A stretch of DNA of 36,242 nt. It comes from Octopus bimaculoides. Taxonomy: Eukaryota. The position numbers and the translations under genes are program-made. The notes beneath the pieces were generated by a model. It searched no databases and was not told the DNA's origin. It saw only the letters and a program-made list of their open reading frames with translations. Location: contig NC_068983.1 of assembly GCF_001194135.2 (NCBI RefSeq), forward strand, positions 22,380,085-22,416,326. Direction: 5' to 3'. Below, piece after piece: positions 34,558-36,242 of this stretch (positions are counted from its first letter, which is position 1; each line of letters opens with the position of its first letter).

Positions 34558-34959
34558 ATATATGTGTTTAGATACAACATAATACTGGTTACGTATACAT
34601 TAGGATAGAGATATCTGAAATGGACAAAAGGAAGAGAGAGGTGCTAAGCTGTGATGTTGATGGCATTCCCAAAAGCGCTAGCAGACAATATAACTGGAGT
34701 GAAGTGACATGAGATAAACTGGGAAGTTAAAACTGAATGAAGCCTTGAATTCAGCTTTCCAATGAGCTTCACTCCACTCAGTGACACTCAACGTGCATCA
34801 TCATCATCATCATCATCATCAATAATGATAATAATAATTTTGTTAAGGTAGAATGTAGTAGTGATAAAAAAAATTTAGTATACTTTATAGTATATTTTGT
34901 TTGCATAACAAAGTACCACATACCTACAAATCATTAATAATAATAATAATAATAATAAT

Positions 34960-35600
34960 CCTATCTACTATAGGTACTGAAATTTGGGAGAGGGGGGATA
35001 GTCAATTACATCAACCCCAGTACTCAAATCGCTAAGTCAACCTCAGCAGAATTTGAACTCAGAATGTAAGGATGGATGAAATGCCACTAATCATTTTGCC
35101 CCAACATGCTAATGATTCTGACAGTTTCCCACTCTACATAACAACAATAACAATAGTAATTATTATTATAATCATTATTAATTATTATTATTACTACTCT
35201 TTTTTTTATAAGAACAAAGCTTGAAATTGGATTGGGGTGTGGTGGGGTGGGCTAGTCACTTACATCAAACCCAGTGCTTAAGTGGTCCTTTATTTTATCA
35301 ACCCCAGAAAGGATGCACGGCAGTACTTGAAGTTAGAATGTAAAAAGCTGGAGCAAATATCACAAAGTAGTTTGTGATGCTCTAACAATTTTCAGTAATA
35401 ATACTGGTAATTCCTTCTAATTTTGGCACAAGGCTAGCAATTTTGAGGGGAAGGGGAACCAATTATAGTGAGCCCTTGTATTTGACTGGGGGTCAGTGGT
35501 ACTTTATTCTATGATTTCCAAAAGGATGAAAGGCAATAGTGACTTTGGCATGATTTGAGCTCAATACATAAGGAGTCATATGAAATGCCGTTAACCCAAT
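34960..35600 (-). mobile_element. Three head-to-tail SINE family B copies (~34960-35125, ~35212-35390, ~35418-35600)
   Basis: Direct: repeated GAAATT..GGG..GGGG..TAGTC.ATTACATC.ACCCCAG / GCAGAATTTGAACTCAGAATGTAA / GGATGAAAGGCAA, joined by (AAT/TAT)n. Confidence 0.75.
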
Positions 35601-36019
35601 GCCAATAATGCTTCTAAGTGATTTAATAACATGGTAATTTGGGATGTGGGGATATATAACTGATAATATCACACCAGCACTTGAAACTTATTTTATCAAT
35701 CACTGAAGGACACAGTTGACTCCTGTGAGATTTGAACACAGAAAGTAAAAGGGACAAAGGGACACATAAAAATATCTTTCATTTGCCAACAGGGGTTCAC
35801 AAAAGGGAAGCATTACAAAGACAGCTTTACATACAAAAGAGGAATAAAAAGAAAAAAAGAAAGGGGGCACTACCACCATCATCATCCCAACCGAGAAATA
35901 GTGCCTCATCATACTCTGGAGGTAAAATTTCCCACACAAAACCAAAGCTCTCATCAGGTCATTTCATTAGAATTAATAAACCATTTCATTAGAATTAATA
36001 AACCAGTGCCTATGCTTTT

Positions 36020-36242
36020 TTATTCTTTTACTAGTTTCAGTCATTTGACTGCGGCCATGCCGGAGCACTGCCTTTAGTCGAGCAAATCGACCCCAGGACT
36101 TATTCTTTGTAAGCCTAGTATTTATTCTATCGGTCTTTTTTGCCAAACCGCTAAGTTACAGGGACGTAAACACACCAGCATCGGTTGTCAAACGTTGGCG
36201 GGGGGGACAAACACAGACACACAAACATACACACACATATAT
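36020..36242 (-). mobile_element. SINE family A tail, running off the window
   Basis: Direct: near-identical to 10342-10560 and retains many CpGs, so probably young. Confidence 0.9.

Overview
AT-rich (non-prokaryotic) animal genomic DNA from a gapped scaffold, dense in microsatellites and short interspersed repeats. The repeat families look to me like those of coleoid cephalopods (Octopus); that assignment is an inference from recognition, not a search. I cannot support a complete protein-coding gene: most listed ORFs are microsatellite or N-gap read-throughs. What is supportable is: decayed transposon coding remnants (a piggyBac/PGBD4-like C-terminus with its Cys-rich tail, an RTE-type RT, a CR1/L2-group RT); at least four SINE-like families (named A-D here for convenience); two TTAA-flanked MITE families; two hAT-type MITEs with 8-bp TSDs; a Merlin-like MITE carrying a TTAGGG/CCCTAA hairpin; a possible Helitron-like element containing 23-aa STPR-like repeats; and several minisatellites. 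Nested insertions give a relative chronology of the families. Two tentative minus-strand 5' exons (33794-~34000 and 31541-31743) beside a CpG-retaining patch suggest, with low confidence, that the window is the first introns of a large minus-strand gene.
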